This document shows, piece by piece, positions 42,701 through 57,641 of a DNA stretch of 64,000 bases. The notes below the pieces were generated by a model. That model saw nothing but the letters and a program-made list of their open reading frames with translations, had not been told where the DNA came from and ran no database searches. The stretch is from Neocallimastix sp. 'constans' (Eukaryota): NCBI GenBank assembly GCA_050613775.1, contig JBODTK010000153.1, forward strand, positions 124,001-188,000, given 5' to 3'. Within the stretch, counting starts at the first letter, position 1. Each line of letters starts with the position of its first letter. A program made the position numbers and the translations under genes.

Positions 42701-45700
42701 CCATTCTTTTTATTAATATTTGATGCTCTTCCTTTTGTTAATTTTTTTGCTAAAACAATAATATCATGAATAATTGATCTATATGCAGAATATGAAACAG
42801 TCTTTTTAGCTTTACGTGGGGCGCTATATCTATAATCATGAATTTAAATATTTGTTTAAAGATTTATATATTAATTATTTAAATATTTAAAAATTTCAAT
42901 TTTTATCAAAGATTTTTATAAATAATTACAATATATTAATTCTGTTAGAGTATGCTTCATTCATCATATGTTTAGCTAATAATGATGTTCCATGACCTTC
43001 AACACCTTCAATAATAATTAATTGGTTATTCATAACTTCGTTGTAACTTTTGATAATATTATGAAGCTTTTCAATTTCTTTTTGTCTTCCAATTAACTCA
43101 ATATCAAGAGCCTCATGTAATTTATTCTTATCTTTAACATCAAGTTTATTATATGGATTTCCTACTGGAGAATACAATTTAATTGGCATTTCGGAAGTTT
43201 TTATATTAATGGAACCTCTTTCCTCATATGTTACGTTATCTTTTGTTAATTTATTTGTTTCTTCATCACAAATAATGGTACCATTTCTTGCTTTCATTAT
43301 AATACCGTCTAATTTATAAAATTAAAATTTTACAATTAATAATTTATATATAAATTTAAAGTAAACAAAATTTATTAATTTATTTATTTTTAAAGTTTTA
43401 TAGTCTTACTTGTTATTCTGTTAAGATTACCATACTATATTATTTAATATACATATATATATAATTTATAATATATATTATTATTTAGTGGATTAAAGGT
43501 AATAATAAGTTTATTTTATAAAAATACATACAACTACGTATTCAAAATTTTTTTCTGAACCCTAATATATTTAATCAATATTAATAATAATATATTCATT
43601 AATAAGATTATTATTATTGTTATAGTAAAATTATTAATTATTTTATCAATCATACCATTGTACCAATCCAACCATCTCCTGTTGATATAGCAATTCTTAT
43701 ATTTTCTGTTATTCTCTTGGTATTATTAATAATTTCAAATGCAACGTCAATACCAATTTGGGCATCATTATCATGAGAATAAGGGGGAAGACCGAAATCA
43801 ATAATGATAATAATTCCGTTTTCATCAAAATCAATATGTCGTACAATGCCTTCTTGATTTATTAAACTACGATATATAGCATTTATAATTTCTTGAGTCA
43901 TTGAAAAATCTGATGGAGAAGATATCACAATATTAGATACTTTAACTAAAACTGTTGTTATTCTTCTCCACTCATTAAACTGTTCTATTTTTAAATTATG
44001 ATTTATTTTATAAAGTATATTTTCGTGAACAAAATGTTTCCATTTATCAAATACCGATTTTGTAACTTTGCTTAAATCAATTGAAGGATTGCTTTCATCA
44101 TTTTCTACTGTTACATCAATACATAAATCATCTTCAGAAATATATTTATCATAAAGTCTTACTACATTAACTTCATTATTCTCAAGTATAACAGTACCTT
44201 TAATGTGATCAACAATATTTAATTGCGTCACATGAACAAAACGCGATAGAGTTTTCATTGCATTATATGTGATAGCCAGTTGACCTTGGTTTAATAAAAA
44301 ATTATATTTAAAGTTATCAAATAGTTATTATTGTAAAATTTTTTTAAAAATAATTAATAATAATTAATATTAGTAATATTATACCTGGTTTAGCTAAATC
44401 AAAAACTTTATCTAATTTAGAAAGTGAATTACCTTATATTTTAAATTAAAAAAAAAAAAAAATTAATATAAAATTTTTTTAATTTATAATTTATTTTCTT
44501 TTATTATACTTAAAAATTATACCTGTTATAGAATAATTCCATTTATCAGGTGGACCACCTAAAAATAAGTGGTATAACGTACCAGAACCGATAGCAAATT
44601 TTAATAAAAATGTTTCTTCAATTGGTTTGTCGTAATCAGGAATTTTTATTGGATAATTATTTAATTCTCTTAACATATCTAAAGCACACTGACATGCTCT
44701 TAATATACTATATGCCTTTACATTTTCGAAATCTTCAGGTGTATCACATTCAAGTTCTTGTTGACTATCAATTGACCAAATAATGATGATTTTATCAACT
44801 ATATAAAAAATTTTCAATAATATATTCCATTTTTTTATTTTTTAAAAATAACTATAATTATTAACTATTTATATTTGATTTTTTATTATTTTATATATTT
44901 ACCTGAAAAACGAACTTTTTTTTTTGATTTATAAAAATATACATATATATAAATAATAGATATTATTAATGAAAATTGAATTTATATAATTATATTTTTA
45001 ATAATTTTTATATTTATTTATTCATAGTAAGAATATATATTTCTCTTGAAAAAATTAAATCATTTATTAATTCTAATTTTTTTTTCTTTTATATATTTAA
45101 TTACGTAAATATAATTTATTATATATATATTTAATAATTATAGAATATCTCAATAAGTTTTAATATAAATAATTAATTTTTATAATTCAATAGATATTAA
45201 CATTGTACATTATATATTGTTTACTGGGATTATCAATAAAATAATTCTATTACCTATATCTCCATTGTATTTTTTTATTGTTTTACTCAATTCGTCGTAA
45301 TATGAATTCAGAGTCTTAGAAAAAAGTTCCCAATTATCTTTTTCAATACTCTCTATTTCATTCTTAATATTATCATACCCTTTATATATATTAAAATAAA
45401 TATTAATTAATATTATGTTACTTATTACAATTTCAATTTTAATTATTTCAGAAATGTATTTTTATTATATTATTAAAATTTAATAATTTATTATTATTAT
45501 TTATTATCTACATTAATTATTATTAATGTAATTACTACTTTAATTAGCAATTATTTATTTATAATTAAAGTTATTATTAACGTAATATTTATATTTTATT
45601 CGATGATGAATTTTATATCATTAAATAATTATATATATACGATTAATTAAATATAAACCTGATACTTGTATTGACATAACAACACCATAGCATTCTATAA

Positions 45701-45812
45701 AATTTGGTACAAGTGAATCTTCTTTAGAATAATATAGAAATTCACGTAGATTTACTGGTAGAAATGGTAATATTGTATCCAGTTCTTCTTTTCGAACATA
45801 TTCACTATCCAT
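39715..45812 (-). CDS. ADCY10/soluble adenylyl cyclase-like protein: two class III cyclase-like domains, STAND/AAA-like domain and TPR-like helical region; catalytic motifs degenerate; 10 exons
   Basis: Exons 45812-45659, 45379-45254, 44914-44903, 44798-44523, 44432-44385, 44284-43656, 43561-43532, 43434-43410, 43308-~42930 and ~42829-39715 join in frame. Motifs: YGVVMSIQVSGY, KYNGDIVRFSVDK, LKFAIGSG, EWRRITTV, FGLPPYSHDND, AISTG, IICDEET, LIGRQKEIEKL, IIIEGVEGHGTS, LLLCIDQIQFMDFFSW, IYERTQGAPTYI. Confidence 0.85.
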
Positions 45813-46074
45813 TTTTATTATTATATGATATTTACTATATGATATTAAATGCAAAAAATAAAAACAAAATAGTCTTAACTAGTAATAAAAATTTATTAAT
45901 CTATTTATTTATATAATAATATATGTTTTTGTTTCAATTTAATTTTTTAAAATAAATTATAAAATCTACAATTAATTTATTACAAAATTATAAAATACAT
46001 TTAAATATGTATAAACAAATTAATAATAAAAATTAAAGAAACTTTTTAAAAAAAAAAAAAAAAAAGGAAAGATA

Positions 46075-46150
<76 letters not shown>

Positions 46151-46172
46151 GTAATAATAAATAATAATAATA
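46075..46172. repeat. (AAT)n microsatellite followed by a poly(A) tract
   Basis: About 30 AAT units are directly visible. Confidence 0.9.
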
Positions 46173-46174
46173 AA

Positions 46175-46205
<31 letters not shown>

Positions 46206-48899
46206 CTTCAAACTACAATAAGGCCTATATTAATTATGTTTACTTTGTTTTAAAATGTATTATTAAATATATATTATATATTTTCTTCTCTTATTTCTTC
46301 GTTTTGTTTTAATCTTTTCTTTTTTTTTTCTTCCTTTTTTTTTTCTTTTTTTTTCCTTTTTCTTTTTTTTTTTTTTTTCAAATATCAAATATAAAAGATA
46401 AAATGAATAATCAATTATAAATTATATTTTCTTTCTTTCTTTTTTTTTTTTTTTTTTTTTCACTATTATTGTACTTTTCTTTTATTTCCTCTAGTTCCTC
46501 TTTTTTATCAATTATCTAAATTATATATACCTATTTTTATTAATAATGTTGATATATTTGGTTTCATAGAAAATTGAATCAATTGTATATAAATATTTTA
46601 ATATATATTATCTTTCCTTTTTTTTTTCCCCTTTTTCTACTTTCTTTCCTCTTCTCCTTCTTTTTTAAAAATATCTTTATTTCTTTATATAATCAATTTA
46701 ATGATGCTTTTGATTATTGCAAACTTAAATAATTATATTGTATTATTTTTTTTTCATTTCATTTATTTCATAAATATGTAATATAATGAATTTAAAAAAT
46801 TTATAAAGTACTAATGCATATACGAATATATATATAATATATATAAATAATTGAAGATTCTATATACTTTTATATTTAATCAAATTTTTAGAATATATCT
46901 GATTTTTATATATATGATTTTAATGTATATAATTTTCATATATATGATTTTTTTATATATGATTTATATATATATATTTTTTTTTTATTTTATTTTTTTA
47001 TTTATCAATATGACAGAGGAATTAAAAATGAAGAAATATATATAATAATATATTAAATATTTTGTTATTTTATCTTGTTTAAAATAAATTTTTTTAAATA
47101 AGATTTCCTTTAAAAGTTTTCTTTTTTTTACTTTTATTGTTCAAATATCGGATTAATGTTTCTATATATTCCAAATTGTCATTACATGATAAATTTAAAT
47201 ATTAATTTTTAGTTTTCTTAATATTTACAATAGAATATGCAATTTTGTTGGCTTTCAAATATTAATTAATAATTAATATGATAATAACAATGATTCTCTT
47301 TGTAAAATTAATATAATTTTATTTTTGTAATTTATGTTTTTTTTTTTCAAGTATTATATTCTTGATAATGTTTATTAAATATACACATTTCAATTCTTTC
47401 TGGCTATTTCATATGTGTATTTTTTTTTAATTTTTTTTATTTTTTTAAAAAAAAATCATATTGTAATATATTGACAAACTAATTTGATAATGATATAATT
47501 GATTTTTTGGCTAAAATATATGAATTATAGTTCCATAATTTATAATATAATTTGTAATAATAATCAGTGAAAAAACTTTATTTGTTTATGGAAATTTTTA
47601 TAATACCAGAATTATAAAACATAAAAATATATATAAAAGATTAAAGAAAAGCGTTTTAATATAAAATTAACTATAATTAAAGTCATATTTTTTAGAATTA
47701 TGAATTATTGAAATAAACTCGAATTTATTAAATATAGTAAATACATTTCTCATGTTTTGTAGAATTTACCAAAAAATATATATTTATTTAAACATTAATT
47801 TATATAAATATAATATATTTATATTTCAATAATTATAAATATATTAAATATTAAAATTTGAGATTATATTTCATTTTCTTTTTACAAAAATGAAAATAGT
47901 AAAACTATAAATATAATACTGAGTAAATATAGAATTATAAAACGTTTTCTTCAAAAAAATATTATAAATAAAATTACTAAATTATATATAATTAAACTAT
48001 ATATTATATAAAAAAGTAATTTATTATTAAATTTTATTTAATACATTTCAAAAATATTAAAAATATTTGTATGGAAACTTTAATCTATTTTAAAAAATAT
48101 AATTTTTTAATAACTGTTCTAAATAAATATAGAAAAAAAATTTGTTATTGAAATATAGTTTAAATATAATTATACATAAAATATAATAATGCTATAAATA
48201 GTTTATAATAACAAAAAATCATAATAATAAATACATAAATAAATAATAAAATAAATGAAAGAATGAAAATAATGAATAAATAAATAAAAATAAAATTAAA
48301 TATAATAATAATTATTATTTTATTATAATTAAATTATAATTTTATACATTAACACTTTATATATATTTATTATTAATTATTTTTAATAATATTATTAATA
48401 AATTAATTATCAATTATTATTTGTTTTTTATTTATTTATATTGAAACATTTATATTAACAAATAATATATAATAATTAAAACATTTTAAATTAATACTAC
48501 TAATATTATATTTATTTTATAGGATTATCACTATTTTATGAATGTAATATTTATTTATTTATTTATCATAAAAAATATTAATAAATATTAACAAAAAAAA
48601 AAATAAAAATAAAAAAATATATATATTTATATTAACATATAATTTTATAGATTATTAAATAATTATTAAATACTAGTTAAAAAATAAAAAAGATACAATA
48701 TTACAAATACTTTAATTATATTTTTAATTAACTATTATAATTTAAATATTATAATCATTAATAAGATTATTATTATTCATATTTATATTTTAATTTAAAC
48801 ATGATTGGATAAGATTAAGAATGTATATTAATTTTTTTTTTTATACAGATACTATAAACTTATATCTAAAAGAAGAAACAAAAATTTAAATTATTCAAT

Positions 48900-49260
48900 A
48901 TGCCAAATAAAAAAAGAAATAGAAATAATACTATCTCAGGACAAAGAATAGATGACAGTTTAAATGTCAATTTGTCAAAAAATGCTATTAGAAGAAATAA
49001 AAGGAAAAATAAAATTGTAGATAATGATACACCTAGGGAATTTTTAAGAATTTTGAAATATAAAGAAATACTAGAAAAAAAAAAAAAAGGTATATCAATT
49101 ATTTCAATTAATATTTATTACTAATATCGAATTATTATAATTACTATTAATATTAGTAGTATTATTAGAATAATTATTAAAGCATATATATATATTATAA
49201 AAATAAATAAAATATTATAATTGACAATAATAAATTATTTATTTTTTCTTTATAAAAATG

Positions 49261-49291
<31 letters not shown>

Positions 49292-50148
49292 AAGAAAAAC
49301 AAAATAAAAGTAAGGTTGATTCGAAAAGAAATACAAGCACAGAATTAAAAATTCAAAAAGGAGAATCTTTAGGAGCTTTTTCAAAGTAATTTTAAAATAT
49401 ATATATATATGATAAAAGGAAACAATCTTTATTTTTTATTAAGGTTATTAATTGTATATAATTAAACTCATTTAATAAAAATTAAAATTAAAAAAAAATA
49501 GGCGTGTTGAAGATGAATGTAGAATATCAATATTAAAAGCTCAAACTGTAGATACAAAGAAAAAGCAAAAAAGAAAGAAGTATTAATTAGAAAACATTTT
49601 ATTTAAATATTTGAAATACGATACATATATTAATTTTTTTAATTTATATTTTAAATATTATATAAGCTATCTAATTAATAAGAAATTAAAGAAATTGCAT
49701 AAGAAAAATAAAGATGAAGGAATGTCATTTGATGATTTAAAAGATAATGTTAAATTTGGAGAACAAGCGTATGAACCTCCAACAATTAAAGTTTTACCAA
49801 AAAAAAGAAAATTAAATGTAAAGTTGTTAATAATTTCATTCTGTAGTAAATAATTAATTATTATCTATATTAAATTATTTTTTAATTTTTATAAATTTGT
49901 AGAGTAATAGTAATAAAGATGACAATAAAATAATTGATAAAAGTGAGAGAAAAAATGAGGAAGAAATAAATAGATTGTCAAAGCCAAAACTGAAAACTCT
50001 TTCATTAATTCAGAGAAAAAATCTTATTGATGAACGAGAAAAGGTTATATCAAACTATAGAAAAATTAAACAACAAAGATTACAAAAACATAATCCATTT
50101 GAAGATGAAAAGGATGAATTTGAATATGATCCAAATGATTTTTTATAA
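48900..50148 (+). CDS. CCDC137: CCDC137-like basic nucleolar coiled-coil protein, about 5 exons
   Basis: Motifs DNDTPREFLRI, LKIQKGESLGAFS-RVEDE, FDDLKDNVKFGEQAYEPPTIKVLPK and LIDEREKVISNYRKIK lie across GT-AG introns. Stop TAA at 50146-50148. Confidence 0.7.
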
Positions 50149-50609
50149 AATTTTTATAAGAAAATAATAAAAAATATCGACTTATACAGTTTATTATTAA
50201 TAAAATTATATCTTATAAATAATATTTTTATATTTAATATTAATTCATTATTTTTTTTTTTTTTTTTAACTATATTAAAAAAAATAAATAAAATAATAAC
50301 ATAGAAGTATTTTATTAATTAACCTTAAATACTTACTAATGGTATTTTCTAATTATAATAAAATAAACATTTTTTTTATTGTAAATTAATTTTAAAATTT
50401 ATAATTATTAAAGTTTTAAAAAAGTTAATTTGTGTATAAATTTTTTAAAAAAAAAAATTTTTTTTAATTATTATCATTATTATCAATATTATTTCATTAT
50501 TTAATATTAAAAACAAATTTTTTTTTTTTTAAAATTAAAATATTTAAAAAAAAAAAAAAAAATTATTTGAAAATAAAAGAAGTCTTTTTAGAAATTCATA
50601 TTAAAAATA

Positions 50610-51728
50610 ATGGAAGAACAAGAACAAAATTTAATAAATAAACTAAAAAGTGAGGATATATTAGAACAAATCAATGCAATAAAATTAATTAATAATATAT
50701 TTATTTCACAAAAGTGTAATAATATAAATGATAATCTTTTTAAAGATTTAAAAGAAATTATTGTTATTTTAACGCAACATTTAAATAATGGGAATATAAA
50801 AGTTAATATTCTGATACTTGATTTACTAGTTGAAGCAATACCCATTATTTTTAAAAAGTATGAAGATATTGCATTGGATTTAACAATATATAAAATAATG
50901 CCATCTTTAGTTGAACTTTGGAAAATAACTAATAACATTCTTCATGAAAAACTACAAAATTGTATTATTTTGTGTAAAAGCAACATTAAAAATTGTAAAC
51001 TATTTTATTCTCAACTTTTAAAATATGGCGCTATTAATGAAAATTGGAAAATTAGATATAAATGTATAGAATATTTGACTGTGCTAATTAATAGTGATAA
51101 CATAAATAAAAATGAAAAATTTCCTTTACAGCCTATTATACGTGTTTTAATCAATCGCTTAAATGATATATCAGAAATTGTAGTTAATTCATCCGAATTT
51201 ACTTTAAATAGAATCGTAAATTTAATTGGTGAAGAAAAATTTTTAAATATCATTAATTTATTACCAATAAATCAAATTCAATTATTCAAAAAACATGAAT
51301 ATCAATGTTTAAAAAAAGAAAGAAATCAAGCACAAAGCGCACCCTGTTCTGGTGGTAAAAATATATCAAAAACCATACCCTTATTACATTTAAGAAAAAA
51401 GGATTTATATTTAACAGAAAATAATAATATAAAATTGTTTCATAATGAAAATGATATTAGTGAAGAAACGGAAAGTGATGAGGATAATGAGAGTGAAAAT
51501 TTAATTGAAAAAACTAATATTGATGATAACCCAATGAATACTTATTATAATTTAATTGATGATTCAGTAAATAAGAATTATAACAAAAATAAAGAAATTA
51601 ATAATAATAGGTCTAAAGATAAAATTAATGAAATAATTGAAAAGGATCAACTAAAGAACAATGTAATAAGTTTATTAAATGATAAATCAAAAAAATGTAA
51701 AAATAATCTATTTAATATTTCTGATAGC

Positions 51729-51759
<31 letters not shown>

Positions 51760-52537
51760 GTAATAATATTATACAAGATAATAAACTTGAAAATATACTT
51801 GATACTGAAAATTTAAATATTATTAATAATAATTACAATAAAAATGATACTTCTGATAGAAAGGATAATTGCATTAATAATTATAATGATAACAATATGA
51901 ATGGTGAAGGTGAAAATAAAATTAGTAATAACGAAAATGATGATGAAGATGTTGATGATAATAATTATGAATATATTGGATTAAATAATGATAAAATTGA
52001 AATTCAAAATGATAAAAATACCAACATTAATATTGATAATGGATATATAAAAATTAAAAGTAATAATAATTATAAAGAAGTAAATGATAATTACAATTTT
52101 TTAAAGAAAGATAGTATTAATTATGTTAATAATATAAATGACGTTATAAATAAGTTAAATGGAAATTTCAATACATTTAAAAATGATATAGAATTAACAT
52201 GTAAGTATATATAAAAAAGTATGAATAAAAAACATAAATAAAATATCTATAGGATATCAATATTTATCAATTTATATATATATATATATAGTATTAATTT
52301 TTAATTTTCTATTTAATTTTAATATAGCTGAAGTTAAAAATATTGAAATGACCAATAATTTTAATAGTGCAAACACGTTATTTGATACAAACAAGAACCA
52401 GTTATATGATAATATAATTTCTTCTAATGACATTTTAACTAAACAGCTATTAAATATTAATAAAATTAATAAGAGTATTGATATACCAATTGATATCAAT
52501 AACAAAAATAATAATAAAAATAACCATGATGATAAAA

Positions 52538-52595
<58 letters not shown>

Positions 52596-55500
52596 TAATA
52601 ATAATCCCATTGATAATAAAAATGAAACATTAAACAAAAATTCAATAAATGATTTATTGCCAAGCGAAATAATCGAACATTTAAATCAAAAAAATAATTG
52701 GAAAATGAGAACACAGGCAATCGATAATTTACAGGAATATATTTCTGATCTTACAGATCCATCTATATTAATTAATAATATACAATATTATTTGGATTTT
52801 GTATTCAGCTTATTAAATGATATTAATTTTAAAATAGCGTTAACTTCATTGGTTATTATTAAACAATTAATTTATAAATCAGGATTATATATTCATCGGT
52901 ATATAGATACTATTATTCCAGTATTAATTCAAAAATTAAATGATAAAAAGCAGATAATTCAACAAAATATCATTGAAATATTTATATTAATATCTAACAT
53001 ATCATCTCCAAAAGTTGTAATAAAATCTGTTCTAACTAATTTTAATTCAGATAATATAATAATTTATTATCAAATGGTTAAATTAATTTTTCATATATTA
53101 AATGCGAATCCAAATAGTAATTATGATTTTAATGAATTAATTACTTATTTAATTCCTTTATTGGAAAGTAATGATGAAAAATTAGTTATTGTAACTTATG
53201 AAACTTTAAATAAAATTTCAAATATTTCTTCAACATATTCTCAAAAAATACAAAATATTATAAATAATATTAAAAATAATTTTGATTTAATGAGTATATA
53301 TAATAGTTCTAATGTAAATGATAATAGTACTATTGCTAGTATTAGTATTAATAATGAAATAATTAATTTTAATGATAATAATAATTTAAATATTGATAAT
53401 AATAATGGTAACAATGGTGATAATCGAATATATGGAAATAAAAACAATATCTTTAATAGTTATAATAGAGTTCCATCAATAAATTTATCATTTAATCCAT
53501 CAATGAATAATTCAGCAGTCCTTTCATATTCAGATCAATCAAATATAAAAACATATAATAATGGAATAGCGTATCCTTTAAGGTGAGTTTAATATAATTA
53601 TGTTATATAATTTTTTATATTTCATTAGTAATTTATTTTATTACATTATACATATTATAAATTATAATAAAATATAAAGTGAAAATAATGTTAATACTCC
53701 TTTAAGTAATAATGATGTATCATCAAAAGCATCAATTATAACTCAAAATTCTAGTAAAACTATTATAAAGAAACTTCCATGGGAAAATAAATTGTACAAA
53801 ATTAATAACACCAATAATAGCAATGATAATATTACTATTAATAGTAATTATTATAACAACAGTAACATTCAATTTATAAACAATTATAATAATAATTATG
53901 TTAATAGTTCAATAAATGAAAATATTGATAATATTAGTAATCATAAATATAATATTAATATTAGTAATCCATTTGGAAAATTAAGTAAAAATTATAATGC
54001 AACTAATTTCAATTCTGATAATAATAATAATAATAATAGCTTTGGAGAAAATAAAATTAATCCAGTTATTAATAATTGTCAAACTAATATAACTTATAAT
54101 ATTGATAGTTTAAATGAACTATATAATAATATATCAACAAATGAAAATGAAGGTAAATAAATATTCATAAAAATATAAATATAAGATTGTATAATATATA
54201 TTTATATATATATATATATATAATATTTTCATTAATATTATTAAATAGAAGATTCTAGTAATTGGAACGGAAATTGTTCAATCCAATTATCACCAATTTT
54301 TCCAAATATGGTAAATAAAAGCTTTAACAATTATGAAAAAAATACTATAGACGATCAATCATTTAATAATGTATATTATCTAGATACAAATAATAATAAA
54401 AATACCATAACTACTATTGATGATAGAGAAACTATAAATTCAAACAATAATAATAATATAAGAAATAATAATATAATTTACAAGGTCAATGAAAAAATAT
54501 GTGATAATGATAATTATAATGATAATAACATAAATAATAATAGTGATATTGAAAATGTTGTAATTGACTTTTCAAATAAAAATTCTGATGAGAATTTAAA
54601 AAATAATTGTAGATCAATATCAAGGAACAGTAGCGTTTATTCAGGTAGTTTTAATATCAACGATGGTTATAAGAACGGTTATAATAAAATATATGAAAAT
54701 TCAATATCAAGCAAAGATTTATTTAATCATTATTTTGAAATTTTAAAAAATGAAGAAAATCATTGGGAGGACAAAAGTGAAGCTATTGAACAAATGTCGG
54801 TCATTCTAAATGATAATAAAAAAATATTTCTAGCAAATTTAAATGAATTAAGTATAATACTAATTGAATGCATTTCTAGTTTAAGAACTTCGTTTTCTAA
54901 AGCATCTATAATTTTTTGTGAGAAATTATTTATAAATTTAGGTAGTTCAATAGATTCAAAAGTTGATATTATTGGAAGTGCATTAATTAAAAAAATAGGT
55001 GAAGGAAATAATTTTATTACTGAAATTATAGAAAAAGCATTAAATGCAATGTGTACTTATTGCTCATGGAATAAGACTCTTTTTACTTTAATAAATAATT
55101 CAAGTCAAAAATCATCGAATATTCGTCTTTCTATAGCTAGTCATATAGACAATATTATAAATGATCTTAGTGATCAAAATAAGCAAATTGGAATTTTAAA
55201 ACAATCAGATATTAATGAACGACTTTTAATAGCACTTATTAATTTATCTACAGATAAAATTTCATTAACAAGAAAAAAAGCAAAACATAGTATTTATATA
55301 TTATTTAAATCAATTATTGATAATGTTTTTATTAATAATAATAAAAATAATTCAAATTTCTCTAATCCGGAAGAAGTTTTAGAAAAAGAAATTGATAAAG
55401 TTTTAAAGAAAAACTTAAGTGTAGAAAACAAAAAGAAACTTAAAAATATTGTAGTGGAATTCCAGAGTAAATCTTTAAGTTCAATCACTTTACAACAACA

Positions 55501-55686
55501 TAAGTCAAATTCTATTTCATCGGATTCAAATTCTCCTATTAAAGAATTAGGATATAATGAATCCTCAACTGAAAAAAAACAGGTATATTATATATATATT
55601 TAAAATTTTATTAATATATATAAAAACTTAAAATTAAATTAATTTTGTTTAAATATTTATTTAATAATTAATTAATTAATTAATTA

Positions 55687-55754
<68 letters not shown>

Positions 55755-56186
55755 ATATGAATTATAATAATAATAATAAACTAATTATAATTAAATATAA
55801 TTTGAATAAATATAAATAAATAAAGAAAAAAAAATCAAAAGGTAAATAATATAAATCAAAAAATTAAAGTTAATACAAATACTAATACATTTAAATTTAG
55901 CTAATAAATCAAAAAAGAAGAATGAAATTATGAAAGAAAATGATTTAATAGATAAATTAAAAATAATTTATGATAATATTGACTCTAAAGGTATTTTAAT
56001 ACATATTAATTCATTTTAATTTTTAAACACTATCGGAAAATATAAAAAGTTTAAATTGATTATCATCTAATTAATGAAAATACATATATTAATATACTTC
56101 GTATTTATAAAAATCCAAAACATAAGCTAATTTAAATTATATTAAATATTATCAATTAATTTTGAAATATTTATTTATTTATATAT

Positions 56187-56281
<95 letters not shown>

Positions 56282-57163
56282 TAAAGATTGGAGAAAAAGA
56301 ATTACTTCTATTGATGAATTAACAGAAATAGTCATTCAAAATCCAAAACACTTTAAAAATCAAAAATTAATATTCCCATTATTTGATAAAATTTCAGAAA
56401 GAGGAAAGGATACTAATACCAAAATTGCAATTCATATAACAAAATCATTAATTAAAATTATCCAAATTTTAAAAGTTTGTTATACTTATTTTTATGTATT
56501 ATAAATTTTTAATTTATATATTTACACTAAGTATAAGTATTAATTAAATATTTATATTGTTTAAATAAAAATTTTATATAGTCAAATGTAGATCAAGTTT
56601 TGGTAAATTTTGTATCAGTCTATTTAAATAATTTATCAAGTTCCAATAAATTATTACAAGTTGAAACATTAAAATTAGTTAATACATTAATTGATCCACA
56701 ATACGAAATTGACCAAACAAGATTACTAAAAATATTTTCTTACGGAATTCTTCATATACCCAATAATAAAATTAAAGAATTACTATTAGATAAAATGATT
56801 GGTAATTTCAGCAATTTTCTATAATCTTTTCATTATTTTAATATTATAGATTATTTTTTTTTTATTATTATTTTCGTACAATACTTAAATTATTGAAAAT
56901 ATTAACTACTTATTTTTTATTAATTAATTTTATATATAGTAATATCTACTAATTTATTTCAAAGTAAACCCTCTTCAATTTGTAAATATTTAATGCCAAC
57001 AATTATTGAATTATTAAAAATTAAGAAAAACGGTTTAAAGCATAGTGTTACAAAATTGTTAAGACATTTATCAGATATATATGGAAAACAGGAATTTTCT
57101 AATATAATATCTTCACAATATATTGATAATTACAATGAAATATGTACATTAATTAAAAATTAA
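50610..57163 (+). CDS. TOGARAM1: TOG-array microtubule regulator, TOGARAM/FAM179/crescerin-like, with poly-Asn linkers, about 8 exons
   Basis: Four TOG/HEAT blocks: ENWKIRYKCIEYL; NWKMRTQAIDNL..LLNDINFKIALTSL; HWEDKSEAIEQM..SSLRTSFSK..IKKIGEGNNFI..KALNAM; DSKDWRKRITSIDEL..DTNTKIAI. Approximate exons: 50610-52200, 52328-53582, 53680-54152, 54249-55582, 55901-55990, 56287-56474, 56582-56801, 56940-57163. Confidence 0.8.
55687..55753. repeat. Intronic (ATT)n microsatellite
   Basis: About 22 ATT units are visible. Confidence 0.9.
56186..56281. repeat. Intronic (TTTA)n microsatellite just upstream of a 3' splice site
   Basis: About 23 tetranucleotide units end 5 nt before the exon starting at 56287. 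Confidence 0.9.
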
Positions 57164-57233
57164 AAAAATAATATATTATTAATTTTAATTTTATAGACAT
57201 TTTATGATCTTGTCATTAAAAATATTAAATACC

Positions 57234-57266
<33 letters not shown>

Positions 57267-57641
57267 TATATTACTATAATTGTCAATTCAAAAAATAAAA
57301 TAGAATAAAATAAAATAAAGTAATATTAAAAGATAAAATATATTAAAGTCATAAAAAAAATTTATAATTTTTTTTTTATTAATACATTTCTATATTACTT
57401 CATTATTTATGTTATTTAATTTTATTTTATTCAATCTGCACTTTACATTTATATTTCAACTATTTATTTTATTTTATTTTATTTTGCTCTATATTATCTT
57501 GTAATAGTATTATATTTTGTACTTTATAATTTATATCCTATTATAAATTATTAATTATAAAGTTATTTATTATTAGTATATGTAACATACATTATTAATA
57601 TTTTAAATAAGTTTTATAAGTTTTATATGTTTTATTATTAT

